The translations under genes and the position numbers were made by a program. The notes beneath the pieces were generated by a model. That model did not search any database. It was not told the DNA's origin and saw nothing but the letters and a program-made list of their open reading frames with translations. From NCBI GenBank assembly GCA_965218435.1, contig CBDCKW010000009.1, positions 992,001-1,056,000 on the forward strand: a DNA stretch of 64,000 nt, given 5' to 3'. Of the stretch, positions 40,039 to 50,909 are shown piece after piece (within the stretch, counting starts at the first letter, position 1; each line of letters begins with the position of its first letter). The stretch is from Truepera sp. Its GTDB lineage: Bacteria > Deinococcota > Deinococci > Deinococcales > Trueperaceae.

Positions 40039-41620
40039 TCAAACGATTGAAATCTACGACACCACCCTCCGCGACGGCACCCAAGGTACCGGCTTCAGCC
40101 TCACCTCAGATGATAAAGTTGCCGTTGCTAAACGCCTCGACGCCTTCGGCGTGGACGTGATTGAAGGGGGTTGGCCGGGATCGAACCCCAAAGACGTCGC
40201 GTTTTTCGAGCGGATGAAGGGCGTTAAGCTGGCGCACGCGCGGTTAGCTGCGTTCGGCTCGACGCGGCGCAAAGGTGTCACGGCCGAGCGCGACGCCAAC
40301 CTGACGGCGCTCCTCTTGGCTGAGACGCCCGTTGTGACGATCTTCGGTAAATCGTGGCCGCTGCACGTTACCGAGGCGCTGGGCGCGACGCTGCCGGAGA
40401 ACCTGGAGATGATCCGCGATTCGGTGGCGTTTCTCAAAAATCAAGGCCGCGAAGTCTTTTACGACGCCGAGCACTTTTTCGATGGCTACCGCGCCGATCC
40501 CGAGTATGCGCTGGCAACTCTGCAGGCCGCGCAGGGTGCGGGTGCAGCACGCCTCATTTTGTGTGATACAAACGGCGGCTCGTTACCAAACTTTATTGCT
40601 GAGGCAACGCAGCTCGTTTGTTCGCGGTTTAGTGTGCCGGTCGGCATTCATACCCACAACGACGCGGAGCTGGCGGTCGCTAACGCGCTAGCGGCGGTGC
40701 AAGTTGGGGCGCGGCAGGTGCAGGGAACAGTGGGCGGGTATGGGGAGCGTTGCGGGAACACCAACCTCGTCAGTGTGATTCCGGCCCTTAAACTCAAGCT
40801 TGGTTTTGAGCAGCCCCAAGACCTGGGTGCGCTGCGCGAACTCGCCCGCTACGTGGACGAAAGGGCGAATTTGCAACCGAACGTACGCGCCCCGTACGTC
40901 GGCGACGCGGCGTTCGCCCATAAGGGCGGCGTTCACGTCTCGGCGGTGGCGAAAAATCCGGAGACGTACGAACACATCCCGCCGGAAACGGTCGGGAACA
41001 GCCGTCAGGTGCTCTTGTCCGACCTCTCGGGCCGCGCCAACGTGCTGGCAAAGTCGGCGGGGGCCGCACCGGGAGAGGTGGCGGCAGTCGTTGAGCGGCT
41101 TAAAGAACTCGAGCACCGTGGTTACGCCTTCGAAGGGGCCGAGGCGAGTTTTCAGCTGATGAGCCAGAAGGTGCGGGGCCACTACCGGCCGTACTTTACG
41201 CTCCACGGTTACAAAGTCTTGATGGACAAACGCGACGGCGACCTTTACCCGTACTCGGAGGCGAGTGTACAGCTCGAGGTCGGCGGCCAGTTAGAGCACA
41301 CCGCCGCGACCGGTGACGGTCCCGTGAACGCGCTCGACCGGGCGCTCGGCAAGGCGCTCGGACGGTTTTACCCGACGCTCCGTGAGCTGAAACTGACCGA
41401 CTATAAAGTGCGGGTGTTGTCGGGCGGGGAGACGGGCACCTCGAGCGTCGTCCGGGTTCAGGTTGAAACTACTGACGGCACCGACACCTGGGGGACCGTT
41501 GGCGCGAGCAGCGATATTATCAATGCGTCATACGCCGCGCTCATCGACGCCATCGAATACAAACTCTATAAAGATAAAGTCGCGCCGCAACAGGCCAAGG
41601 TTGTAAAGGCTGCTGTATAA
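40031..41620 (+). CDS. cimA: Citramalate synthase
   Basis: YDTTLRDGTQ, GGWPGSNPKD, YDAEHFFDG and AHKGGVH motifs. Confidence 0.92.
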   Translation: MPDQTIEIYDTTLRDGTQGTGFSLTSDDKVAVAKRLDAFGVDVIEGGWPGSNPKDVAFFERMKGVKLAHARLAAFGSTRRKGVTAERDANLTALLLAETPVVTIFGKSWPLHVTEALGATLPENLEMIRDSVAFLKNQGREVFYDAEHFFDGYRADPEYALATLQAAQGAGAARLILCDTNGGSLPNFIAEATQLVCSRFSVPVGIHTHNDAELAVANALAAVQVGARQVQGTVGGYGERCGNTNLVSVIPALKLKLGFEQPQDLGALRELARYVDERANLQPNVRAPYVGDAAFAHKGGVHVSAVAKNPETYEHIPPETVGNSRQVLLSDLSGRANVLAKSAGAAPGEVAAVVERLKELEHRGYAFEGAEASFQLMSQKVRGHYRPYFTLHGYKVLMDKRDGDLYPYSEASVQLEVGGQLEHTAATGDGPVNALDRALGKALGRFYPTLRELKLTDYKVRVLSGGETGTSSVVRVQVETTDGTDTWGTVGASSDIINASYAALIDAIEYKLYKDKVAPQQAKVVKAAV

Positions 41621-41737
41621 TTGGGTTTTTATACAAAATGCGCCGCTCATCTCTTCGCAAAGATGCGTCCTGGTTGACGAAGGCAAGTTTAACGTGTGAG
41701 CTTCTTGTCATAATGTTGTGCCGACGTTGCATGAAAA

Positions 41738-41767
41738 TTGACAGTACCGGGGCAGAACCGCTAGACT
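41738..41767 (+). promoter_or_regulatory. Putative gltB promoter
   Basis: TTGACA-18 nt-TAGACT about 190 nt upstream of the gltB start. Confidence 0.6.
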
Positions 41768-41959
41768 TAGGGGCGCTGCTTCGTCAGCTTTTGTAGCGAC
41801 TCGAGCTGTTTTCTCATAGCTTTCACACAGTGTTGCCCTAAGTGTTGCCACACAACATTTTTGTAACACCGCGTTTTTACAACGCCGAACGCTGCCCGGA
41901 TAGGCGGTAGCTAACAGTACGGCCCAGCTGATCCGTCTCTGTCTGAAAGGAGCGCCCCC

Positions 41960-44900
41960 TTGAAGTCCAAATATACGAAGCCTGAATATATAAAATCTGA
42001 CTTTACTACCTTAGCTTGGCCCAATGAACGCGACGCGTGTGGGGTCGGGTTCGTCGCCGATACCCACGGGCGCAGATCGCACAAGGTCTTGCAGCACGCC
42101 CTCACTGCGCTGGGCAACCTCAGCCACCGGGGAGCGGTCAGCGCCGACGGGTTGACCGGCGACGGTGCAGGTGTCCTGACGCAGCTGCCGCACAAGCTTT
42201 TTCGCCGTGAGTTAGCGGCGCAGGGAATTACTTTAGAGTGTGACGGCGACCTCGCCGTCGGCGTCTTTTTTGTCTCGAACGCGTCGCACTTTGAAGCGCT
42301 GTACCGCGTTGCCGCTGAAGAGATCGAAGCGTCCCACCTGACGCTCTTAGGCTGGCGCGAGGTTCCTATAGACGACGCGGCGCTCGGCGACGACGCTTTA
42401 GCACGCCTCCCGGTGATACGGCAGGTGCTGTTGGGCCGCCCCAAAGGTTTAGACGACGACGCGTTTGAACGGCTTTTGTACCTGACCCGCAAACGCCTCG
42501 AGCGCCGCTTGTCCCAAACACAGCTCGGCAATTTTTACATCCCCTCGTTTTCGCACCGGACCATCGCCTACAAAGGGCTGATGGTCGCGCCGCAACTCCC
42601 GAGCTTTTATCATGATTTGGCCGACCCGGATTTTGAAACCTCGGTTGCGGTCTTTCACCAACGTTACAGCACCAATACCATGCCGCGGTGGTCGCTCGCG
42701 CAGCCGTTCCGGTTTCTGGCGCACAACGGTGAGATCAATACGCTCCAAGGCAACGTCAACTTTATGCGGGCGCGTGAAGCGGTGCTAGAGAGCGCCCTGT
42801 GGGGCGACGACATAGGCGAGCTGTTGCCGATTATTGCCCCCGGCGGCAGCGATTCGGCGGCGCTCGACAACGCCTTTGAACTGCTTGTCCTTTCGGGCCG
42901 TGACCCGATGCAGGCGCTGATGATGCTCGTGCCCGAGGCGTATGAAGAGTTAGACAACATGGCCCCCGACGTGCGCGCCTTTTACGAGTACCACGGCACC
43001 CTGATGGAACCGTGGGACGGTCCGGCAGCCTTGGCGCTGACCGATGGCCGCTTCGCCGTGGCTGCGATTGACCGAAACGGCCTCAGACCGCAACGCTACT
43101 GGCTTGCCGAAGACGGCCTTGTCGTGGTGGGTTCCGAAGCCGGGATGGTGCCGCTGGGCGACAGCAACATCGTTGAAAAAGGGAAGCTCGAGCCCGGTTC
43201 GATCTTAGTTGTAGATACGCTGAACGGCGTTCTCTCGCGTAACGATGAGGTCAAAGCCCACGCCGCAGCGCAGTACCCTTACGGTGAGTGGTTGGCAGAC
43301 CGAATGGTCCGTGCCCCGACCTACGGGGAGGCGCAAGCCGAAGCTGACGAAATCAGCACGCGCCCGTGGGACGAAGCGGCCCTGTTACGGACCCAAAAGC
43401 TGTTCGGTTACAGCACCGAAGATTACGACCGCATCCTCGCGCCGATGGCGGTGTCCGGGGACATTCCGGTCGGTTCGATGGGCGACGACACGCCGCTCGC
43501 GGTGCTCTCAGAGCAGCCGCAGAGCCTGTACCGCTACTTTAAGCAGCGGTTTGCGCAGGTGACCAACCCGCCGATTGACCCGCTGCGCGAACGTCTGGTG
43601 ATGTCGTTAGAGACCATCTTGGGGCCGCGCGGCAAACTGCTCGAGGAAGACCCCGGTTCGGCGCAGGTGGTCACGTTTACCTCGCCGGTCGTTGATGAGG
43701 CGCAGTTTCGCTGGTTAAAAGCACAGGACTGGCTTAACCCACATGTGCTTCAGGCACGGTTTGCCGTAAAGTCGGGACCTGAAGGTCTGGAAACGGCGCT
43801 CGCTGCGCTCTGTGACGAGGCGGTTCGGGCAGTTGAAGCAGGCTCCGGGCTTATCATCTTGTCCGACCGCGAAGCTGGGCCGGAGTGGGCTCCGGTGCCG
43901 AGTTTATTGGCGACAGCGGCGGTCCATCACCGCTTGATCGAAACGGGGCTGCGGACGCTCGCGGCGATTGCCGTAGAGTCAGGCGACGCCCGTGAAGACC
44001 ACCACCTCGCGTGTCTGGTCGGTTACGGCGCGGCGGTCGTGCATCCGTATCTGGCGCTGGCCTCAGCTAGGGACGCAGCGGCCAAGGCCAAAGAACCTGT
44101 TGACGGGGCTACGGCGACAGAAAATTATCTGAAGGCGCTCGAGAAGGGCCTCCTCAAAATCATGTCGAAAATGGGCATCTCGGCGGTGTCCTCGTACCGA
44201 GCCGCGCAGATTTTTGAAGCGTTGGGCGTCTCGCAAGAGGTGATTGACCGTTACTTTCGGGGCACGCCGAGCCGAATCGGTGGAGCGGGGCTCGAGGCGT
44301 TCGCCACCGACACCCTTCACTTTCACGCTGAAGCGTTCGGCGAAGACCCCAAACTCAAAGACCGCGGGTTGTACCGTTTCCGCAAAGCGGGCGAGTACCA
44401 CGCGCTCAACCCACTCGTCTTTAAGGCGCTGCACAAGGCGGTCCGCACGGCCTCATTTGAAGCTTACGGCGAGTACGCGAAGCTGGTAGACGAGCGCCCC
44501 GCGTGCAACCTGCGCGACCTGCTGCAGTACAAAAAAGCCGACACGCCGCTCCCCTTGGATGACGTTGAGCCGGTAGACAGTATCGTCACGCGCTTTACTA
44601 CACAGGCGATGAGCCACGGCTCGGTCTCGCGCGAAACGCATGAAACGCTCGCCATTGCCATGAACCGCCTGCACGCCAAAAGCAACTCGGGCGAGGGCGG
44701 CGAAGACGCCGGACGGTTCAAACCCTACACACGTGACATGCCCGAGCTGTCGCACGCGCCCTGGCACCCCAAAGAAGGCGACTGGGGCAACAGCGCCATT
44801 AAACAGATCGCCTCAGGGCGGTTTGGGGTAACGCCGGAGTATCTGGTGTCGGCACGTGAGCTCGAGATCAAGATGGCGCAGGGTTCCAAACCGGGCGAAG

Positions 44901-46549
44901 GTGGCCAGATTCCCGGCCACAAGGTTAATGAGGAGATCGCGGCCATTCGCCGTTCGGTTCCAGGTGTAACCCTTATTTCACCGCCGCCCCACCACGACAT
45001 CTACTCGATTGAGGACTTGGCGCAGCTCATCTACGACCTCAAACGGGTCAACAAAGAGGCTAGAGTTGGCGTTAAGCTCGTCGCGTCGGCAGGCGTCGGG
45101 ACGATTGCGGCAGGTGTCGCCAAAGGCTACGCCGACAACATCCAGATTTCGGGGTTCGACGGGGGGACGGGTGCGTCGCCCTTATCGTCGGTCAAGCACT
45201 CGGGCGTGCCGTGGGAGTTGGGCCTCGCTGAGACGCAGCAGGTCTTGTTAGAAAACAACCTCCGGGGCCGCGTCTCTTTGCGGGTAGACGGCGGCATGAA
45301 AACGGGCCGCGACGTGATCGTTGGGGCGCTTTTAGGCGCGGAAGAGTACGGCTTCGGCACCTCGGCACTGGTGGCTGCGGGTTGTACGATGCAGCGTGCG
45401 TGCCACCTCAACACCTGTTCGGTCGGGATCGCGACGCAGCGCGAAGACCTGCGGGCCAAGTTTCCGGGTCAACCCGAACATGTGGTCAACTTTCTCGTCT
45501 ACGTCGCGCAGCAGGTGCGGATGATCCTGGCTGAACTCGGCTTTCACAGTCTCGACGAGGTGATCGGCCGCGTTGACCTGCTCAGCGCCAAAACGCCGTC
45601 CCACGCCAAAGCTGCGCTCGACCTGAGCGCGGTCTTACGCGACGCCGACCCAGGCGGCAGCAAGCCGCGCCGGTCGCAGGGGCGGCACAACGACCGCCCT
45701 GAACCCACGCTCCCGCTTGACGAGACGATCTACCAAGATGCGAAGGCAACGATCTCGTCGGGGGAGCCGCTGGCTAACCACTACACGATTACCAACCGTG
45801 AACGCTCGGTCGGGGCGCGGCTCGCTGGTGAGATTGCCCGCGTTCACGGCGACGCCGGACTACCTTATGGGACGGTTCAGTACAGCTTTACCGGCGTCGC
45901 CGGGCAGAGCTTTGGGGTTTTTAACATCAGGGGAGTGCAGCTGATCCTAGAAGGTGAAGCGCAAGATTACGTCGGTAAGGGGATGGCCGGCGGCGAGATC
46001 GTCGTCAAACCGCCGCCTGACGCGCATTTTGTCGCCGCGGACAACACCATCATCGGGAATACGGTGCTCTACGGCGCGACGGGCGGCAGCTTATTTGCTG
46101 CGGGGCGTGCGGGTGAGCGGTTGGCGGTCCGCAATTCGGGCTCGAGCGTCGTGGTCGAAGGCTGCGGGGATCACGGCTGTGAATACATGACCGGCGGCGT
46201 TGCGGTCGTCCTCGGGAGTACGGGCCGCAATTTCGGTGCAGGGATGTCGGGCGGCGTTGCCTATGTGCTTGACGAAGACGTAAGCTTTGAGGAGCGCCTG
46301 AACGGAGAGATGGTTTCGCTGGCGCGGCTTTCAGCGCAAGTTGACCGCGACCTGCTTAAGGCCCTCGTCGGACGGCACGCGGCGCTGACCGGGAGTGCTC
46401 ACGCCACCGACCTTTTAGGCCGCTGGGACACGGTGTTGGGCTCATTTTGGAAAGTTGCGCCTAAAACGGACGCGCCGGAGTTGGGGACGGGGCGGCTCGA
46501 ATCTCTTTTACAGGCGGCGCAGCAACCCGCCGCCCTCGGCACCGACTAA
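41960..46549 (+). CDS. gltB: Glutamate synthase large subunit
   Basis: ERDACGVGF, HQRYSTNT, AHNGEINT, IKMAQGSKPGEGG and CEYMTGG motifs. Confidence 0.98.
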   Translation: MKSKYTKPEYIKSDFTTLAWPNERDACGVGFVADTHGRRSHKVLQHALTALGNLSHRGAVSADGLTGDGAGVLTQLPHKLFRRELAAQGITLECDGDLAVGVFFVSNASHFEALYRVAAEEIEASHLTLLGWREVPIDDAALGDDALARLPVIRQVLLGRPKGLDDDAFERLLYLTRKRLERRLSQTQLGNFYIPSFSHRTIAYKGLMVAPQLPSFYHDLADPDFETSVAVFHQRYSTNTMPRWSLAQPFRFLAHNGEINTLQGNVNFMRAREAVLESALWGDDIGELLPIIAPGGSDSAALDNAFELLVLSGRDPMQALMMLVPEAYEELDNMAPDVRAFYEYHGTLMEPWDGPAALALTDGRFAVAAIDRNGLRPQRYWLAEDGLVVVGSEAGMVPLGDSNIVEKGKLEPGSILVVDTLNGVLSRNDEVKAHAAAQYPYGEWLADRMVRAPTYGEAQAEADEISTRPWDEAALLRTQKLFGYSTEDYDRILAPMAVSGDIPVGSMGDDTPLAVLSEQPQSLYRYFKQRFAQVTNPPIDPLRERLVMSLETILGPRGKLLEEDPGSAQVVTFTSPVVDEAQFRWLKAQDWLNPHVLQARFAVKSGPEGLETALAALCDEAVRAVEAGSGLIILSDREAGPEWAPVPSLLATAAVHHRLIETGLRTLAAIAVESGDAREDHHLACLVGYGAAVVHPYLALASARDAAAKAKEPVDGATATENYLKALEKGLLKIMSKMGISAVSSYRAAQIFEALGVSQEVIDRYFRGTPSRIGGAGLEAFATDTLHFHAEAFGEDPKLKDRGLYRFRKAGEYHALNPLVFKALHKAVRTASFEAYGEYAKLVDERPACNLRDLLQYKKADTPLPLDDVEPVDSIVTRFTTQAMSHGSVSRETHETLAIAMNRLHAKSNSGEGGEDAGRFKPYTRDMPELSHAPWHPKEGDWGNSAIKQIASGRFGVTPEYLVSARELEIKMAQGSKPGEGGQIPGHKVNEEIAAIRRSVPGVTLISPPPHHDIYSIEDLAQLIYDLKRVNKEARVGVKLVASAGVGTIAAGVAKGYADNIQISGFDGGTGASPLSSVKHSGVPWELGLAETQQVLLENNLRGRVSLRVDGGMKTGRDVIVGALLGAEEYGFGTSALVAAGCTMQRACHLNTCSVGIATQREDLRAKFPGQPEHVVNFLVYVAQQVRMILAELGFHSLDEVIGRVDLLSAKTPSHAKAALDLSAVLRDADPGGSKPRRSQGRHNDRPEPTLPLDETIYQDAKATISSGEPLANHYTITNRERSVGARLAGEIARVHGDAGLPYGTVQYSFTGVAGQSFGVFNIRGVQLILEGEAQDYVGKGMAGGEIVVKPPPDAHFVAADNTIIGNTVLYGATGGSLFAAGRAGERLAVRNSGSSVVVEGCGDHGCEYMTGGVAVVLGSTGRNFGAGMSGGVAYVLDEDVSFEERLNGEMVSLARLSAQVDRDLLKALVGRHAALTGSAHATDLLGRWDTVLGSFWKVAPKTDAPELGTGRLESLLQAAQQPAALGTD

Positions 46550-46791
46550 ACCTGTAAAGATAACCAAGAAACGTAGCAGCGCCGCTTATCTGATTGAGCG
46601 GCGCTACCGTTTTGGAAAGATATATCGCATCAAAGCGGCAAAACTAAGCCGTACTGACGGTTGTTTTAGGCGTTATGTTCTCAAATGTGCGAGAGATATA
46701 ATCTTTTTTGCCAAATACTAAGCTACTGACTTTTTACTGCTTCTTTTTATCTTACGGTTAAACGCTGCCTGCTCACGCTAAAACCCGGTCC

Positions 46792-47526
46792 TCACGTCAA
46801 CACATCCCTAATCTTACGGACGAGTTCGCGCGGGTTAAACGGTTTTTCGATAAACGCTTGTGCGCCGAGTGCCTGCCCACGCTGAATTTGCTCTTGCTGC
46901 CGCAGCGCCGAAAGGATAAACACCGGAACCGCTGAGTGCTGCCGGATGAGTTCCAAGAGCTCAAAGCCCGTTCCACCCGGTAAGTTCACGTCGAGCAAAA
47001 CGAGGCTCACTTTATTCGCCTGACGTTTGATCAGCGCCTCCGCTTGCGGCACATTTTCGGCGGTTTCAATGCCAAAACCCTGCCGGTGCAAGATGTCGGC
47101 AATAAGTCCGCGCAGCGCGGCGCTGTCTTCGATGACCATCACCGTATGCGCCTTCTCCGGTTGCTTGGGCGCTGAGACACCGAGAAGGCGCTCTACTGCG
47201 CCGGTCAGGGCGGTGCCGGTAAAGGGACGGGCTAAAGTCGCACCGGTGTCAGCTGAGGTGGTTTCGCCGTCGGTTAAGAGTAGCGGAACACCCTGCAGAT
47301 GGGGGACGAGACGGATACGCCGAGAGAGTTCGGCGGCGCTTAAGTCGGGTAGTCGGCCGAGAATAATGAGTGACGGAGTAGTATGCTCGAGCCCCGTCAG
47401 CACCTCCGCGCCGCGCCGCGCACTGACAACGGTGTAGCCTGCGGTAGTGAGTGCCAAATCAATAAGTTTTAAGAGTCGTCCATCGTGCTCGGCGACAAAT
47501 ACACTGCGGGTTCCTAGGCTGTTCAT
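46792..47526 (-). CDS. Tandem receiver-domain protein (pseudo-receiver plus receiver)
   Basis: The second domain has IEDS, LLDVNLP and KPF; the first has AEHD/ILGRLP/RPF and lacks the phosphoacceptor Asp. Confidence 0.85.
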   Translation of the reverse strand: MNSLGTRSVFVAEHDGRLLKLIDLALTTAGYTVVSARRGAEVLTGLEHTTPSLIILGRLPDLSAAELSRRIRLVPHLQGVPLLLTDGETTSADTGATLARPFTGTALTGAVERLLGVSAPKQPEKAHTVMVIEDSAALRGLIADILHRQGFGIETAENVPQAEALIKRQANKVSLVLLDVNLPGGTGFELLELIRQHSAVPVFILSALRQQEQIQRGQALGAQAFIEKPFNPRELVRKIRDVLT

Positions 47527-47643
47527 CAGGCTGCCCCGGCCGGTGTCGTAAGCTGCATAGCTGTATTGTAAGGGCTCGTTTCCGCTGGCAAAGCGCAAGG
47601 CTCACGTACTGCTCACCCTATTTGATAGCCTCGGCTGGCAACG

Positions 47644-48531
47644 CTACTTATCGCTCGAGAGCGCAAAGCCGCGCATAAACTGCTCTTGCAGGAGTCCGAA
47701 GACGATGAGGGGCGGGATAATCGTGAGGAGCGCCGCCGCCATCACCTGGCCCCACTCCACCCGGTCGCCCGAAACGAGTGCGTTCAGACCGATCTGCACC
47801 ACTTGCGTTTCGTTTCGCCGGATGATAATCCGCGGCCACAGGTACTGATCCCAGACATAGACAAACTGAATCACTGCGAGCGCGCCAATCGTATTCCAGC
47901 TCATCGGAATCAGAATGCTCCGTAAAAAACGGACCGGCCCCGCGCCGTCCATCTTGGCCGCGTCAGCTAGGCTGCGCGGAAGCGAGCGGAAATGCTGGTT
48001 AAACAAAAATACGCCGGTTGCCGACGCTAAAAACGGCACGATAATGGCCCAATAGGTGTTCGCCCACCCGAACCCGTATTTGATGGGCTCGAGCACGACC
48101 TGGCTTGGATTGCGAAACCATTCCCAGAACACCGCCCACGACGCCGGGGGTTGTTGCGACACGAGGTCGAACAAGGGTAAGACGAGCACCTCTAAAGGCG
48201 TGAGCAAGGTAAATAAGATCAGTCCGAAGACGAGCCGCCGCAAGGGAAAGTCAAAAAAAACGAGCGCGGTCGCCGCCATCAACGATAAGAGTGTCTTCCC
48301 AAACGTCACAGCGAAAGCGACGATCAGCGAGTTGCGCATATAGACGCCTAAATTGCCTCCCGTCCACGCGGCCCGGACGTTGTCCCAGAGCAGCGTACCG
48401 GGAAGTAAACTCGGTGAAAGAACCTGCGCCCGCGTCTGCGTCGCCTTAACGAGCGCGAACAAGATCGGCGCGGTGACGAGCAAGCACGCCAAAATCAGCA
48501 ATAGGTGAATCCAAAACGTATTACGCTTCAC
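47644..48531 (-). CDS. Carbohydrate ABC permease (UgpE-like)
   Basis: EAA loop LADAAKMDGAG; WDQYLWP. Confidence 0.9.
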   Translation of the reverse strand: MKRNTFWIHLLLILACLLVTAPILFALVKATQTRAQVLSPSLLPGTLLWDNVRAAWTGGNLGVYMRNSLIVAFAVTFGKTLLSLMAATALVFFDFPLRRLVFGLILFTLLTPLEVLVLPLFDLVSQQPPASWAVFWEWFRNPSQVVLEPIKYGFGWANTYWAIIVPFLASATGVFLFNQHFRSLPRSLADAAKMDGAGPVRFLRSILIPMSWNTIGALAVIQFVYVWDQYLWPRIIIRRNETQVVQIGLNALVSGDRVEWGQVMAAALLTIIPPLIVFGLLQEQFMRGFALSSDK

Positions 48532-48555
48532 AGGTTACCTCTCACAGGTTAGTCT

Positions 48556-49482
48556 TCACTGGTCGCCGCCGTAATAGACGCGGCGGCTGCCGAAACGAAA
48601 CTGCAAAAGTGCGATGCCCGCCACGATAAAGAGCAGCACCACACTTTGCGCCGCCGCGACGCCCAAGTTACCGGTGCCGCTAAAGCCGTCTTGAAAAATT
48701 TTGTAGATGAGCGTGGTGGTGACCCCGGTTTGCTCGAGAGGGGGCCGCCCGATGGGGCCGCCGCTCGTCATAATGTCAATTAAGCCGAACGTATCGAAAA
48801 ACGAAAACGTCAGGTTGGTAAAGACCAAAAAAAAGGTCATCGGGCTCAGCAGCGGGAAGGTTATTCGCCAAAACCGCTGCCAGCCGTTGGCCCCGTCGAG
48901 CTGTCCGGCTTCACCGAGTTCACCGGGAACGTTGCGCAGCGCCGCGAGGTAAAAGACGATGTTGTAGCCCAAGTTTTTCCAGATGGCGGCGGCGGTAACG
49001 AGCGAAAAGGTCAACACCGGCGTATCGAGCCAACGCGGGCGGATGCTAAAGACTGCGCCCAAAAAGTCGTTGACGATCCCGATCTGAGGGTTAAAGAGAA
49101 ATAGAAAGATAGTTCCGGCGACCGCTGGGGAGAGGGCGAAGGGCCAGATCAGCAGCAACCGGTACACGCGTGCGCCGCGCACGGGTTGGTTGGCTAAAAC
49201 CGCGATCCCGAGGCTCAGCAAGAGGCCGATAAAGACGACCAGCAGACTAAACACCACGGTTTGAGCAAGTGCTTGAATATAGGCCGGAGCGAGCGGGCCG
49301 GAAAAGAGCGAGCGGAAGTTTTCCAGTCCGGCAAACTGCCACGTCCCCAAAAAAAGGTTGCTGCGGTAGAGGCTCGAGACAAACGATTTCAGCAGCGGAA
49401 AATAGATAAACACCAGCAAAATAGTCAGTGTCGGCAGTAGCAGCAGCCACGCTAACGTGCGGCTCTTAAAAACAGGTTGCAC
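48556..49482 (-). CDS. Carbohydrate ABC permease (UgpA-like)
   Basis: WKNLGYN..YLAAL; EAGQLDGA; ITFPLLSP. Confidence 0.9.
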   Translation of the reverse strand: MQPVFKSRTLAWLLLLPTLTILLVFIYFPLLKSFVSSLYRSNLFLGTWQFAGLENFRSLFSGPLAPAYIQALAQTVVFSLLVVFIGLLLSLGIAVLANQPVRGARVYRLLLIWPFALSPAVAGTIFLFLFNPQIGIVNDFLGAVFSIRPRWLDTPVLTFSLVTAAAIWKNLGYNIVFYLAALRNVPGELGEAGQLDGANGWQRFWRITFPLLSPMTFFLVFTNLTFSFFDTFGLIDIMTSGGPIGRPPLEQTGVTTTLIYKIFQDGFSGTGNLGVAAAQSVVLLFIVAGIALLQFRFGSRRVYYGGDQ

Positions 49483-49568
49483 CTTACCTCCTCACTAAAA
49501 ACGGGTTCTGACTAAACGCGAATCTGAAACGCACGCGCTGAGATGATACCGGCTCATTTATACCAAAA

Positions 49569-49589
49569 GGGCTGCGCACTGCGCAGCCC
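49569..49589 (-). terminator. Hairpin after the substrate-binding protein gene
   Basis: GGGCTGCGC-act-GCGCAGCCC, followed by a T run on the minus strand. Confidence 0.65.
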
Positions 49590-49610
49590 AAAGCTAGGGA
49601 CAGTCCTTCC

Positions 49611-50909
49611 CTAAAAGTTGCTGTTGTATTCCGCTAAGCGGGCGGCCGCTTGTTTAGCAGCGCGCGCAAGCTCGGCGTCAACTGCGCCGCCCTGAAAAAT
49701 ACGCTGCATCGTCTCTTCGGTGATAGTGCGAACCTCTTGCATGTTGCCGCTCAGCGCCCCGGCGGTCGCCTGATTGACCTTGGTGTTTAACAGCTGGTCG
49801 AACGCGACGCTGTAGTTCGGGTCTTCGTCAAACCAGCCCTCTTTTTTAAGTGCCTCGACCGACGAATTGCGTACCGGGTAGTACCCGGTCAGCTTGTGCC
49901 ACGACACCATGTTTTTGGTGTTGGTCATATACAAAACGAAGTCGAGCGCCGCGCTCTGCTCTTCGGCGGGTTTGTCTTTGACCAGCCACAAGCTCGCGCC
50001 GCCGATGACGACGCCGTTACGCTCCGCGTCGTCGGCAATCGGTAAGAGACCGGCCCCGAGTTCAAAGCCGCTCTCTTTGGCGGCGGCAGTGATGTTGCCC
50101 AAATCAGCCGTCGAGGTGATGTGAAAAACAGCTTGCTGATTGGTAAAAATGGCGTCGGAGCCGTCCCAATCCTCGAGCTTGCCGGTATAGGTGTAGTAAC
50201 CGGCGTCGTTCATCTGCTTAAAGAAGTTGGCGATGTTCTTAAAGGCGTCACTCTCATAGTTGACTTCAGTCGCGCGTCCGTCACGGCCGTTACCTTCGTT
50301 AAGTAGGTCGGCCCCTTGCTCGGCCATCCACTGCTCGAAAAACCAACCGTTTAAGCTCACGCCGAAGCATTTGGCCGATACGTCCGACGCCGCAATAGTT
50401 TTGCACGCGTCCATCATCTCACCGTAGGTTTGCGGCGGCTTTTCCGGGTCGAGACCGGCTTGTCGCATCAGCGTTTTGTTGGTGTACAAAATCGGCGACG
50501 ACGAGTTAAAGGGAATAGAATTGACCTGCCCGCCAATCGTGTAGTAGTTCAGCACGGGCTCGATGTAGTCTGAAAAATCAAAATCGCCCTCGACGTCACC
50601 AACTGGGGTAAAGATGTTGGCGTCGAGCGCGAGCTGCGACCCGATCTCGTAAACTTGGACGATATTGGGGGTGTCGCCCTGCCGCGCACCTAAGATGGCC
50701 GCCTGCAGCGTCTCCGGGTACGAGCCTTTCGATTCGACGTTCATGACAAAATCGGGGTTTTGCTGGCTCCACTCAGCGGCGCGGTCGGCAATCCAGTTTG
50801 ACCGTGGTTCGTCGGTGAAGGCGTGCCAGAAGGTGAGCTGGGTCTGAGCCTGAGCCGAGGCCAGACCTGCAGCCAGCGTAAAAGCTAACAAGAGTAACGG
50901 ACGTTTCAT
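49611..50909 (-). CDS. ABC substrate-binding protein (UgpB-like)
   Basis: Signal peptide; FWHA, PFNSSSPILY.N, IGGASLW and WHKLTGYYP motifs. Confidence 0.9.
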   Translation of the reverse strand: MKRPLLLLAFTLAAGLASAQAQTQLTFWHAFTDEPRSNWIADRAAEWSQQNPDFVMNVESKGSYPETLQAAILGARQGDTPNIVQVYEIGSQLALDANIFTPVGDVEGDFDFSDYIEPVLNYYTIGGQVNSIPFNSSSPILYTNKTLMRQAGLDPEKPPQTYGEMMDACKTIAASDVSAKCFGVSLNGWFFEQWMAEQGADLLNEGNGRDGRATEVNYESDAFKNIANFFKQMNDAGYYTYTGKLEDWDGSDAIFTNQQAVFHITSTADLGNITAAAKESGFELGAGLLPIADDAERNGVVIGGASLWLVKDKPAEEQSAALDFVLYMTNTKNMVSWHKLTGYYPVRNSSVEALKKEGWFDEDPNYSVAFDQLLNTKVNQATAGALSGNMQEVRTITEETMQRIFQGGAVDAELARAAKQAAARLAEYNSNF

